From: Cenococcum geophilum
Lineage: Eukaryota
Direction: 5' to 3'
Length of the DNA stretch: 64,000 nt
Assembly (NCBI GenBank): GCA_050273025.1
Contig: CP158636.1
Location: 11,904,001-11,968,000 of the forward strand
Position numbers and translations under genes: made by a program. The notes beneath the pieces were generated by a model that was not told the DNA's origin, searched no databases, and saw only the letters and a list, made by a program, of their open reading frames with translations. Shown here piece by piece: positions 1-11,179 of the stretch; position 1 is the stretch's first letter, and each line of letters starts with the position of its first letter.

Positions 1-203
1 TCTTTCTATTCTATATAGGAGACCTTTCCTCTCTTCCTTAAAGATAGTTTCCCCTACTATTAGAACCCAATAGATCGAAGTTTTGCCTATATTAGACGTA
101 TCTATTATAAAAACAGGTATCTAAGAGTAGTAGTTAGATTATTAATGATATAGAAGGAGTAGGTTATATACTACTTACCTTTAGCAGGTGTTATAGTTAC
201 TAG

Positions 204-260
204 CCTTTAGAGGTCTTTAAAGGTCTTTAAAAGTCTTTAAAGGTCCTTAGAGGCCTTTAA
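204..260. repeat. 10-bp minisatellite (AGGTCTTTAA-like, 5-6 copies)
   Basis: aggtctttaa aggtctttaa aagtctttaa aggtccttag aggcctttaa read directly. Confidence 0.8.
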
Positions 261-611
261 TAGTCTATTTATATATTAGTTAGTAAAATACTAAGCAGAG
301 GCCATATATGCATGTCTATAAGGCCAAGCTATATAACAATTCTTATTAGAGCAATAAAAGCGTACATAGACTTAAGCTGGGCTATAAACAATATAAAATA
401 CAAAGTTACGCGTAAAGGCAGCCTAAATCCAAATCACTAAACCGCATAAACACAGGAAGACGCCACTCACTCTATATTTCTATTCTTACGTATAAAGAAG
501 TTCCCGCTATATACCATAGGTGGTAAAGATTAGTAAAGGTCTTAACCTAACTCAGGGTCACTAAATAGTAAAGAAGGGGTAAACAGACATATTACACCCT
601 AGCTCATAAAA

Positions 612-648
612 CTTAGGTATATTGCCCCTTAGCTACCCTAGTCACCTA
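612..648 (+). promoter_or_regulatory. 37-bp shared upstream motif, copy 1
   Basis: cttaggtatattgccccttagctaccctagtcaccta; ungapped 30/37 match to revcomp 5051-5087 and 27/37 to revcomp 11118-11154; regulatory role inferred only. Confidence 0.55.
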
Positions 649-783
649 ACTACAATAAAAGCTTGCAGATATATATAAGATAATAATGTTCTTAACAGCC
701 CCCGCCCCTAATCGTCCTTAGAGAGATATTTAGAACTACTCCTTTTCCTAGCCCAGTTTACGACGTTTAGATTAACCCCTAAT

Positions 784-1831
784 ATAGCAACTACTAAATT
801 TATCTTATAACTTATAGACCTTACTAAGAAGCTTAAACGGGTTATTAAAAGTATCCCGCGCTCTTATATACATCCTATAAAAAGCAACTATCGGACGATT
901 AAAGATTTAGGTATAAGGCTTTTTAAGGCTATAAAAAAGCTCCCAGTGGAGATTAAAGCACTTAAAAAAAGACGTATAGAGTCGGCTTATAAGGAGGGTA
1001 AATAGCGGTTAAACTAGGCACAAGAGAACAGAAAAGACACTATTACTAGTTCGAACTTAAAGAATTAAGGGATATTTACAAAAAACATAGCACTTTTCTT
1101 TAGCGGTCTAAAGGATTTAGTTATTAATTTAGACGTAACCTAAATAAGAAAGCAAGCAACCTAAGAAAAATGCGAGCGGATTTATAGCCTAAGTCCTAAC
1201 GGGATAATTTCCTAGGCAGCGGCCTTTAACCCTACCATATAGACGGCAAATTTAATATTAAAGGATACGTTCAACTTTATAGTCAAGCGGATTGACCTAG
1301 AGGATATTTAAGTGTGGCTATCCAATATATATTATATACTAAATAGTTTAGGAACCAAAGAGCCGTTATAAGAATTCTAAAAATATTATAAGTTCCTAAA
1401 AGGTAAGATCTACTTTAGCAAGAACTTTTAAGCATAAAGCTAACAGCTATTAGCCGCCATAGAAGACAGGGAAAAACCTATAGTATTAAATCGGTTAAGG
1501 AAACGGAGGCGTATTAATAAGCCTATATATAGACATAAGTAGGATTCACCTTCGTTATATTAAAGGCTATGCTAACAATATATACTATAGAAATTCAATA
1601 CGCATTCACAAACGCGCCTACCAATTATATCCCCCTTTTAGGCAACTTTCTTTCCAAGGCAGTCCAGACTAGCAATTAATGGGAAAAGGAAAGAAGACTA
1701 GGACTTCTAATAACAGAATATTTAACTACACTAATTCCTAAGGGAGAAAACATAAATATCTCTATTACCCTCTAGGTCGGTTATTAAGAGGCGGTTCTAA
1801 TATACAACTTATTTAAGCTCTAGCGGACTTA
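784..1831 (+). pseudogene. RIP-inactivated hypothetical protein gene with 2 introns
   Basis: Long frame broken only by RIP-type stops (..KCERIYSLSPNGIIS*AAAFNPTI*TANL..); intron 1403-1446 GTAAG..GCTAACAG; second intron ~1535-1590; last exon IQYAFTNAPTNYIPLLG.. Confidence 0.65.
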
Positions 1832-2059
1832 GGTATTATCTTTACCTAACCATCTATTACCTTAACCCCACACCCAGTAGGAATAGGATGCGATTCATCC
1901 TATATAATATCTTTAAGTAGTCTAGTGCCTTTAGGTGCTTTAAGATTAGAGATCCTAATAAATACACCTCTAAATATTATTGTTTAATTATAATCTACCA
2001 TATTAAATATATAAAATAATATATAGTCTAGCTTTTCTCCCTCCCCAACCTGTATATAA

Positions 2060-2604
2060 ATCCCAAGTTAGCTTAAAGTTTATTTAACTAAGTTTGGCTT
2101 TAACAGACCTTTCTGGACATAATAAATTATATAAAGGTATAACTCTAAGAGGGAATATATTGCCAGTAAATAAATAGTGTAAATTTAGACAAAGCTAAGC
2201 TCTATTTAGGAGTAGTATACATTCTCTATATAGGTTCGCGCTATTAAAAAGGACCTAAAGTAGGGGGAAACAGCGACCTAAGGATTATGGGTAAGGGCGT
2301 TAAAGTTATTATAGAAATAGGCCCTAGGAGGTTCTGGCAGGAAATATACTAATTAGGAAGTAAATAAAGGCTATATCTTACGCAATAGATTTAGCAGCCT
2401 ATTCTATTAGCTAAGGAAAAACTAGTATAGGTAATAGTAAGTATACAGCTTCTGCGCAACAAAGAGATTAAAGAGGTATAAAAGAGATAGATTATATACT
2501 TAAATAAAGCAAAACGGAAAGGATTTAAGAATATAAATAAGTTATAGAGTCTAACAGGCGCATAAGTGCTTAAGGCATTAGTGCCCAATAAGAGATTAAC
2601 GTAA
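2060..2604 (+). pseudogene. RIP-inactivated small hypothetical gene
   Basis: Frame FNRPFWT..GETAT*GLWVRALKLL.. with only TAA/TAG RIP-type stops; no family recognised. Confidence 0.4.
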
Positions 2605-2849
2605 AAATAATTTAGGCGGCGTCGGCTTAGCCTAGCTTACGCCCCACTCCATATAACTAGCGAGCATTAATCTCTATAAAAAAAAGTCGGCTTTATATCT
2701 AGTAAAGAAGAAAAATTAAGGCGTCTATAATTATAGCAGCGGTAGAATTAGAAAAGTTTTTTAATATATAGTCTTTTACTACAGTTAGTATAGCGTCTAT
2801 TAACCTAGCGTAATATATACTAAATGCTATATATACACGCGTATAAAAC

Positions 2850-4711
2850 TAGGCTTAATCCTATATACCTACTTTTGCCTACTATATTAGAATTAGTTTT
2901 ATAACCGCCTTTTACGTAACTAGTAGTAAAAGGCCAAGTTAAATAGAATCACCCTCTTAAGCACTATATTCTGCTTCCTACAGATATTTTTAAGCGCCTT
3001 TATAATTTCCTATTTTAATACTAGGATTAGTAAAGGAAGTGTAGTTCTTTTTATATAATTTCCTAATTATATATAGTGTATTCTTAGCATAGCAAAATTT
3101 AACAGCTAAGCCCCTAAATAGATTAACTAACCAACGCTTAGTACTATAGAAGGCCTAGGCTTAGCAAACGGCGTACGCTAACCTACTTAGCGAGAGCTTT
3201 TTCATAATAACTTAGCCCTAAACTCGAGCTAAATATATTTATAAATTATCATCTTATCTAGATTCTCCGCTAAACTCCGCTGTAACTGTCCTATTATAGT
3301 ATAATAGAATTTAGCTCCAATACGGTTAGAGTATCCTACTATACTAGAGTATATATCTAACTACTCTCTTAGTATTATAAAGAGGGATAAAGACAACAAT
3401 CCTAACGCTTATATACTACTCTAGCAGTATTATATTATATTCGCCCATTCCCCGGCTAGGATTTCCTTTAAAGTTCCTTTATAAATAGCTTTTATACAAA
3501 ATTAAACAATCCCATTACGCGATTTACGTTTATCCTCTATATACTATCCTTTTATATACTACCCATTTTAGTTTCCATTTTAGATAATCCTATATTCTAC
3601 GGCCCTTATTTCTTCCTCCGTAATATCATTCTATCCTTTAGGAAAATTTTAGAGGCGGCCTAGCAGTAGAGATCCGAGCTTAATCCAGACTTAGTCCTAT
3701 TTATAATTAATCTAAAAGACAGTCTAAATAGGAGAGAAACCTACCTTAAAGTCTTTAAATTCCTTCTACCATTCTATACTATCCACTATATATCCTATAT
3801 TATTAGTAAACTCCCTTTTATTTACTAGGATACGCTATATAGATAATTAGAAAATATATATATAAAGAAAGATTTTTAAATAATCTTAATATTCTGGTAT
3901 AGGGACTTCCTCCTTTATCTCAAACCCATATTTAGTATAGAAAGTCTCGCTACCCGCCACGGAAGAAACGCTAAGTAGAATGCTATTAAGAACCAAAATC
4001 GCTTTAAACCAGTACGTAAAGGCTTTAGCGTACCTACGCCCCTAGTATTTTAGGTATAGTGCTAGCGTTTAAAGTATATAGTAAGGCCCAGATTTATAGA
4101 GCCACCTATTATTTAGGTAAAAAGTTTAGAATTAATCCTAAGATTTAAGGGGGTAAGGCATTATACTTTAACTTAGCTAAATTAGTATATTTCGCATAGA
4201 GCAATATAGCTTCTTTACTCTCATCTTACTTTAGGTTTAGGACTTCCTCCTATAGCTTATTAATGTCTACGCTAGTATTAATAAAGCCTTATAATTGCCG
4301 TAACACTTAGTAATATTTACTTTCTAGCTAAAACTGCCCGCTCCAATTAAAACCTTTTAGTAGGGACAAAATCGCAACACTAACAATTATAAACTTAGCA
4401 TTCTCTATAGGCGGATATATACTTTTAAGTGCGTTATAAACTATCTTATATTTATTATTTTCAAAAGCATCGTCTATAATAAGTACAATTTTATCTAAAT
4501 TTTTAATTTCTTATCTAAAAAGGTTTTTAAAGCTTATTAGTATATCTCCTAGAAATTTAGTATAGTATAGTCTCTAATATTGCTATATAGGGGAGGAAAA
4601 GTATACAGCAGTAGTAATAAGTGCTATTTATTTTGCCTTAGAGACCTCCGCCTTATAAAGACGCCCTAAAACAGGCGCTTTAAACATCGCCAACTGGCTT
4701 TCTCTCTGCAT
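2850..4711 (-). pseudogene. RIP-inactivated hypothetical protein gene (intron-containing)
   Basis: ATG at 4711, MQRESQLAMFKAPVLGRLYK..., ~900 nt in frame with RIP-type stops, then an intron-like GTAAAT..ACTAAT..TAG. Confidence 0.55.
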
Positions 4712-5050
4712 AGGGAGAACGTGACTTAGAAAAAAGCGGTAGGAGAAACAGTTTAGGAAGTATATAAAGATTAAAAGGACTCTAAAGATTACTATAAAGT
4801 AAAGAAAGGGTAAATATACTTAGTATAGGCTAATAAGGTTTAACTCCTATAGACTAATTACTAGATTATACTAGGAATTATAGCGTAAAGATTAGAGCTA
4901 AGCATCCTTTTATATTAGTCTATGGTTATATAATTTCCAATTATATAAGAGAAAGGGAGCATCGTTTATAAGATAGGTTTGCTAGTTACTATTATAAGGG
5001 CATAGAATAAATAGGTCTCAACGTGCATATAGGGCGAAAATTAATAAACT

Positions 5051-5087
5051 TAGGTAGCTAGGGTAGATAAGGGGCTATACACCTAGT
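5051..5087 (-). promoter_or_regulatory. 37-bp shared upstream motif, copy 2
   Basis: revcomp actaggtgtatagccccttatctaccctagctaccta, upstream of the gene starting at 4711 on the same strand. Confidence 0.55.
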
Positions 5088-5671
5088 CCTAGAAGTAAGA
5101 ACTCTAATAGTATACATTCCTATAACGCATCTCCTTTATTATCTCCTATCTTAGCCACGTGTTAAGTAGTATATATATACTATAAATTCCAGAATAGCTC
5201 TAACATTAGAATCCATATATTGCCTATACTTCACCTAAACGGAAAATCGTTATCATTACTTTACAAAATATACGACTATATTCAAATAACGCTTAAATAC
5301 GGCTATTTCATTAATAAAGTAAAAACGTAGTGCCTAAAATACCAAGAGACCTATAAACTATATCCTCCTAATATTATAGGGATATAAGCATAGAGACCTT
5401 TTAATCCAATCTAGGGTTATTACTTATAGCATAATTTAGAGATAACTACCCGGATAGAAACTGCCGTAAGCTTTAAAGCAGCTAAAAAGATTAGACGGTT
5501 AGCTTATTAAAACGCATAGCGGACTATTAATTAAAATTATAGATAGAGTAGAGGATATAATTTAGCTAAAAGGTATTATAAGGAAACTATTTAAACCAGC
5601 CAGACATTCTTATATTAGGGTATATTTTATAAGTCTAAACCTTTAAAATTTTACCTTTTATATCAACTCCT

Positions 5672-5815
5672 CGTAATCCCTTAGCAATCTCTTAGCAATC
5701 CCGTCATAGCCCCATAATAACCTTATAAGACTTTTATAGGACTCCTATAAGACTTCTCTAGGACTCCTATAAAACTCCTATAGGAATCCCCTAGCGATCT
5801 CACAGCAATCCCCAA
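5672..5815 (+). repeat. Degenerate 11-12-bp intergenic minisatellite (GGACTCCTATAA/AGCAATCCC)
   Basis: repeated ggactcctata, gacttctcta, agcaatccc units. Confidence 0.65.
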
Positions 5816-5829
5816 GACCTCCATCTCTA

Positions 5830-7250
5830 AAATCCACTTATCATTTTAGAGGATAGACGTTAGCACCTAAATAAGGTTATTTTCCCTCTAAACCTAACCT
5901 TCCTCATTTTCAAACTAAGAGTTTAATACCTATTAGACCTCTAGTTGCCCCTAGTCTAATTAAGGCACCAATTTTATAACCCCTACTTTATAACTAGTAC
6001 ACTCCTTTAGATTTCACTACTAGTATTTTGCGGTATATAAGAATTTAAACACTTCCCTAAGGATATCATTTCAGCTTAAGCTTAAGCTTAAGTCTTCTTT
6101 AATCTTAGCCTAAAGCAGTTAGATCTAGTAAGCGTTATCTAAAGGGTTAACAAAACAAGCTTATATACATTTAAGCTAGAGATATTAGATGTTAATAGTT
6201 AGTTATTAAAGTCGATATATAATAATATTTATTAATCTCACTAGGCAAAGCATTATATATACTAGAGGCTTTAGATTATAGCTATACCCCACCAAACCTA
6301 CCCCACGCGGCTTAAATTTTTAAGTAGCAAAACGATAACAACCTTAAACTAACGGCAGAACGACTAAGTAACAAGTATATAGATATTAAAGTCGTTAAAC
6401 GCAGTAGGCAAGGGCTCTCTATAAAAGAAGATCTTAGTAAGGCTTTGTAAGCTTTTACAGAAGACGGGTTTCTTATTCTTAAAAAAGCTATAAGCATTAA
6501 GCCCCCTTCAGCGGAGTCATCAGAGTTATTAAGCTTTATTAAAAGGGAGATTATCTTAAATAAGGTAAGCTATTTCTAAAGTTTATAAGCAAGACTAACA
6601 TCCCTCTAGGCTGTTAAAACAATACTTTTCTTGGCTTAAGATAATAGCTTTTATATTACCGCCTACCTTCTATTTAAACCTGCTCTAACCCGCAAAGAGT
6701 TAGGACGCGATTATAAATAGGAAAAAATAGCTTCTACTAAAGATCTTATAGGGGCTATATACTATCATTTAGGAGGAGATTAAAATATTATATAGATATT
6801 TTAGGTTGATGTATATTCTTATAAAGTAGCTACTAGAAAAATAGTAGATATTAAGGCTAATAGAGGTAATATATATATACTCTTAAACCCTATAAACATT
6901 TTCGCATTTACTAAACTTCCTCTAGCTTTATTTACCATCACTAGCTATTATAGTTAAGACCTTTTCTTAAAAATAAACTACCTTCCCTAGTACACGTAAT
7001 TGTGGTTTTATATATATAGACCAGGTATCCTAGGCGCGGAGTACTAGATAATTAAACTAGTAATAAAATTCTAGAGCAGTTTAGAAATAATTACTCTAGA
7101 AGTAGCAAATATATAATTTAGAAGCGGTAACTATATTAAGTAGCACGTAAAAGAAATAAAGATTATCGCTTGTAGCTAGCTACAGATTCTTCTATATATC
7201 CCTCTACCAAAGTATTAAATATTACTTTAAGCCTAGATAAGAACTAGTAG
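5830..7250 (-). pseudogene. RIP-inactivated hypothetical gene
   Basis: Coding-like frames KKPVFCKSLQSLTKIFFYREPLPTAF..VWWGYSY.. and ..ILREVFKFLYTAKY..; intron-like signals; boundaries approximate. Confidence 0.4.
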
Positions 7251-7404
7251 CGCATAATTAAAAGTAGATTTAGTTTAGAAGGGGGGCGATCTAGCGAGCT
7301 TAGGAGGCGGTTCTATAAGTCACGCTAATACGCTTTAGTTAGTGCTAGGCTATAGCGGGGATTTTAAAAGGCTTACGCCAGGCCTATAATATTTAAGTCT
7401 AGAT

Positions 7405-8640
7405 TAAAGAGTAATGCATTTATTATATAAGGACCCTCTAGGGAGAATAACTACTATATCAACTTTAATGGAAGGTTAAAGGGTGTTGCGTTAAACGTAT
7501 TCTAATAAAATAACTATACTTCTGCCAGAGAATTAGAGGGTGCCGCATTTAACGGGTTCAAATCATCCTAGGAGGATAGCAGCTACATTAGTTCTAGCAA
7601 ATTATTAAAGGGCATAGCATTAAATATATTCCAGCGAAATAACTGCACTTACCCTATTACATTTAAAGTGTTCCAGTTATCCTATAGGGGCGGCTGCTAT
7701 ATCAGCTCTTATAAATCGTTAAAGGGAGTAGCATTAAACGTGTTCCAATAAAATAACCGTACTTGCTCTGCTAAAGAATTAGTAGCTACCGCACTTAATA
7801 AGCTTAAATTGCCCTAGGAGGATAGCGGCTGCATTAGCTCCAGTAAATTATTAAAGGGCGTAGCATTAAATATGTCCTAATTGCGATTAAAGGGCATAGC
7901 ATTAAACGTATTCTAATTGGGTAGCTATACTAGTTCCGCTAGAGAACTTAAGGGTACTATACTTAATATACGCCCAAACAGCTCTCTATATAGCTATAAT
8001 ACCAATTACTTAAACTCTACTTAAGAACTAAAGGGCGTTACCTTAAATTTATAAATATTTATATACCGGGTAAAACTTAACAGTTTTTAGAACTCTTATT
8101 TATATATATAGCAGTATTTATCTAGTTAACTCTTTTCTTTATAGAACTTCCTTATATATTTCTAGACATTATACAACTTACTAAAACGGCGAGTACAAAA
8201 TAGACACGGAAATTTCTTTAAAGGCTCCCTCCCCTTCTTAAGAGATAATATACAATCTATAGCTTATATATTATTCTTAGTCCAATAATACCTAACATTC
8301 CACTTACTTTAGTAAGGTTTAGAGATCGCAAAATAACCACGTTTTCGCATTAGAGGTATTGCGATATATAGGGTTATACTAAATTCCTAAGTTTTAGTAG
8401 ATAGAGATTAGACAGGTTCTATTACTTATAATTCCTATACCTCTAAATACGTGTTTTATATAGTATAGGAGAGATATTTATAGTTCCTACTATATAGGGG
8501 ACCGAAGGCTTTAAACTGTCCCTACTGCAGTTAACAATAGATACTCATTATTTGCGTAGGAGGCTGCTAGGTACTACGGGGGAATTAGCGTAGATCTCTA
8601 AGGTCGCGGACTTTATTAAGCTTCGTTACCAAATAAAAAG
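7405..8640 (-). pseudogene. RIP-inactivated C2H2 zinc-finger protein with C-terminal WxTFxATPF repeats
   Basis: 8212-8141 reads FPCLFCTRRFSKLYNV*KYIRKFY (de-RIP: C-x2-C-x3-F...QKHMRKFH); five W(N/D)TF(N/D)A(T/M)PF repeats in frame at 7477-7915. Confidence 0.7.
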
Positions 8641-9049
8641 GCTGCCTATAATTAGGAGGAATTATAATACTAAAAGAGTCGTTATACGGATACTAAGGAA
8701 GGCAAAACTAGGGCTTATTATTAGCAAGACTATAAAATAGGGAAAGATTAAAAGGAATAAGAGCGAGAATCCGGATAATACGCGTTATATTAGCATGTTA
8801 CGTATAGGCTATAGGGGCTAAGCTTATTAAATGGAGAATTATAAGCCGCTAGGGCAGGAGCACTAAAAATAGAAAGCGTGCTAAGCAAGCCTATACCTTA
8901 GTAAAAGAGGTACTTAGAGATATTAAAGCCTAAAAAGGCGCATATAAAAGAAGGCGGCACTATAAATACGGCTATTAAAACTAATCTCAAGACCCTAGCC
9001 ACTCTCGCTACCTTTTTTTAGCTTAAAGAGGCTAGTTTCCTAAGGCGCT

Positions 9050-9150
9050 ATAGGAGTTGTAGAAAAGTCCTATATAAGTTATATAGAAGTCCCAGAGAAG
9101 TCACAGAGGAGTCCTAAAAGATTCCTAGAGGATCACTAAAAGATTGCCAT
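9050..9150 (-). repeat. Minisatellite related to 5672-5815, inverted orientation
   Basis: revcomp contains taggactcct, gacttctct, ggcaatc units. Confidence 0.5.
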
Positions 9151-9379
9151 TAAGGGGCATAATATTCTATAAAGGTAGTTAGAGGGAATTAGGCTATAAC
9201 CTAGCCTTACAGCCGCCCTATTACCCTACTACCCTATCGCGCTATTACCTTATCGCCTTATTACCTTCTTACCCTTTTTTACTTTAGTTAATCTCTTTAT
9301 TAACAGACACCCCTACTTTTTAAAACAATATATAAACTTCCTATTATAGTATTTATTGGCACTAAGTTTATTTATTTAC

Positions 9380-10970
9380 TTATTCTTAGTTAAGTAGTGC
9401 TTTTATAGCTTCGTTTACTAACTACCTTACAGCATTCTTTCCACTTTTAAATAATTTTTTGCTTTCTCCCTCTCTAAACTATTTTTAGAGTCTTCCTTTA
9501 TTACTAGCTTAAAAACATCTCTTCTATTTCGGCCAAGTTGTTATATATATTATTAAAGCTATCCTAGTGTACTGGACTAGCCATTAAGGTTTATACGTAC
9601 AGCCTCTTAAAGTAAATTACTAACTAAAAATTAGGCTCTATTCTTGTGGAGATTCTATATAAATATTCTAAAAACTATTTTTAATAAGGATTTCCTAGTC
9701 GTTACCAGTATTACTATACTTACCTTTCTACTCCTAATTTCCGGCTTCGTACTAGTATTCTTCCCATAATATTAGATAATAGGGCGTTCGTTAGCTTTCT
9801 TAGGTAGTCTCTTAATAAATACATTATTAGGTATAACTCTTACTACTTCTACCTAAATAGTAAGAAAATATAAAAGGTTAAAAGTGTTATAGCTCTTATG
9901 CGCTACGGTTATTCTTATACTATATTCTAGCATTTACTTTGCATTTATTAATACATATCTATTCCTTTTAGTAAGCTACTATAGTAACGCTCTAGTAACC
10001 TCCACTAATATAAACAGGGACACTCTCTTATAGAATATATCACAAACGTTGCCGTCATTTTGCTATAAGCTTAGTCGCTTTATATTAAACACCAATAATA
10101 TAATATAACATCTTATAACACACCCATTAATTCTAGTGACTTAGAGAAAGCTATACAGAGATATTTAAATACCCTAACTGACCCATTAGCCCTAATAACT
10201 TAAAGGAAGCCACGATATTAAACCCTAAATCCTCCTATACTAAAACTAATTGTAGGAGAAATAGGTTAGTTCTTAGTTATCTTAGTTACTTCTTAGGCTA
10301 ATACCAGCTTAGTAGTTTTAATATTTACATTAGCCGTTCCATTAATATAACCTATAAGGCGCGGAGAGAAGGTAAAACCTTTCTATTTAAGAATTTTAAA
10401 GCTGTAGATAATCCCCCGCTAAATAAAGGCCTTTAATCTAAGGTATATAGCCTATAGTAGGATTATATCTTTCTACCTAAGAAGGTTAAAGCTATAGATA
10501 ACTTCCTACCGGATAAGGTTTTCCTCAGAGATAATCGCTATATACTTTAGTTATACCTTAAACGCATATATCTTAAGCAAGAGTAGAGAGACTTTATATC
10601 CCGGATACTAGAGCTTAGCAACTTAAGGGGGGAGGCTGTAGAAAAGCTAAGGCTGTAAGAGGTATATATAAGGAACTATTAAGTTATTTAGGAGGAATTT
10701 TCTTTCTAGGTAGCAGCTATATATAGACTTTATTAAAGCTCAAAGCCTCTTACTACCTTTAAACTTCCTTAGAAAACCTAGCTAAGGTATAGCTCCTCCT
10801 TTAAAGGCACGTAGTATTATCTAAAATTGCCTTATATAGCTAAGGTTAAGATGCACTCTATTAAAGCTACTAAACGCGTCTCTAGCTCTATACCTCATCA
10901 CATAAAACCAGACTGTGGTTTTTATTTATTTTTAGGAGGGAAGGCCTTATATAGAGTCCCTTATTATTAT
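9380..10970 (-). pseudogene. RIP-inactivated hypothetical gene (several introns)
   Basis: Coding-like frames with RIP stops, e.g. VFIKRLPKKANERPII*LWEEY*YEAG; GTAA/GTAAGT donors; boundaries approximate. Confidence 0.4.
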
Positions 10971-11117
10971 ATAAAACTTTTATACTAGAAGTATACCAAA
11001 TTTTTAAGGGCTAGGAGCGGGGACACGCTAGCGCTCTATAACTTGGCTAATTACTTCCAGTTATACGACAAAGCCTTAATAAGTGACGGTTTAAATATCT
11101 ACAGGTTTCATTACAGA

Positions 11118-11154
11118 TGGGTAACTAAGGTAATTAGGGGAATATACACCTAAG
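11118..11154 (-). promoter_or_regulatory. 37-bp shared upstream motif, copy 3
   Basis: revcomp cttaggtgtatattcccctaattaccttagttaccca; mismatches to copy 1 are mostly transitions. Confidence 0.5.
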
Positions 11155-11179
11155 CACGAGCCAGAGTGTAGCGTATTTA

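Noticed and set aside
1..40. Resemblance to the 3' end of the element A LTR (gagacctt..ctctt)
   Set aside because: Only a short degenerate match at the window edge; cannot be supported
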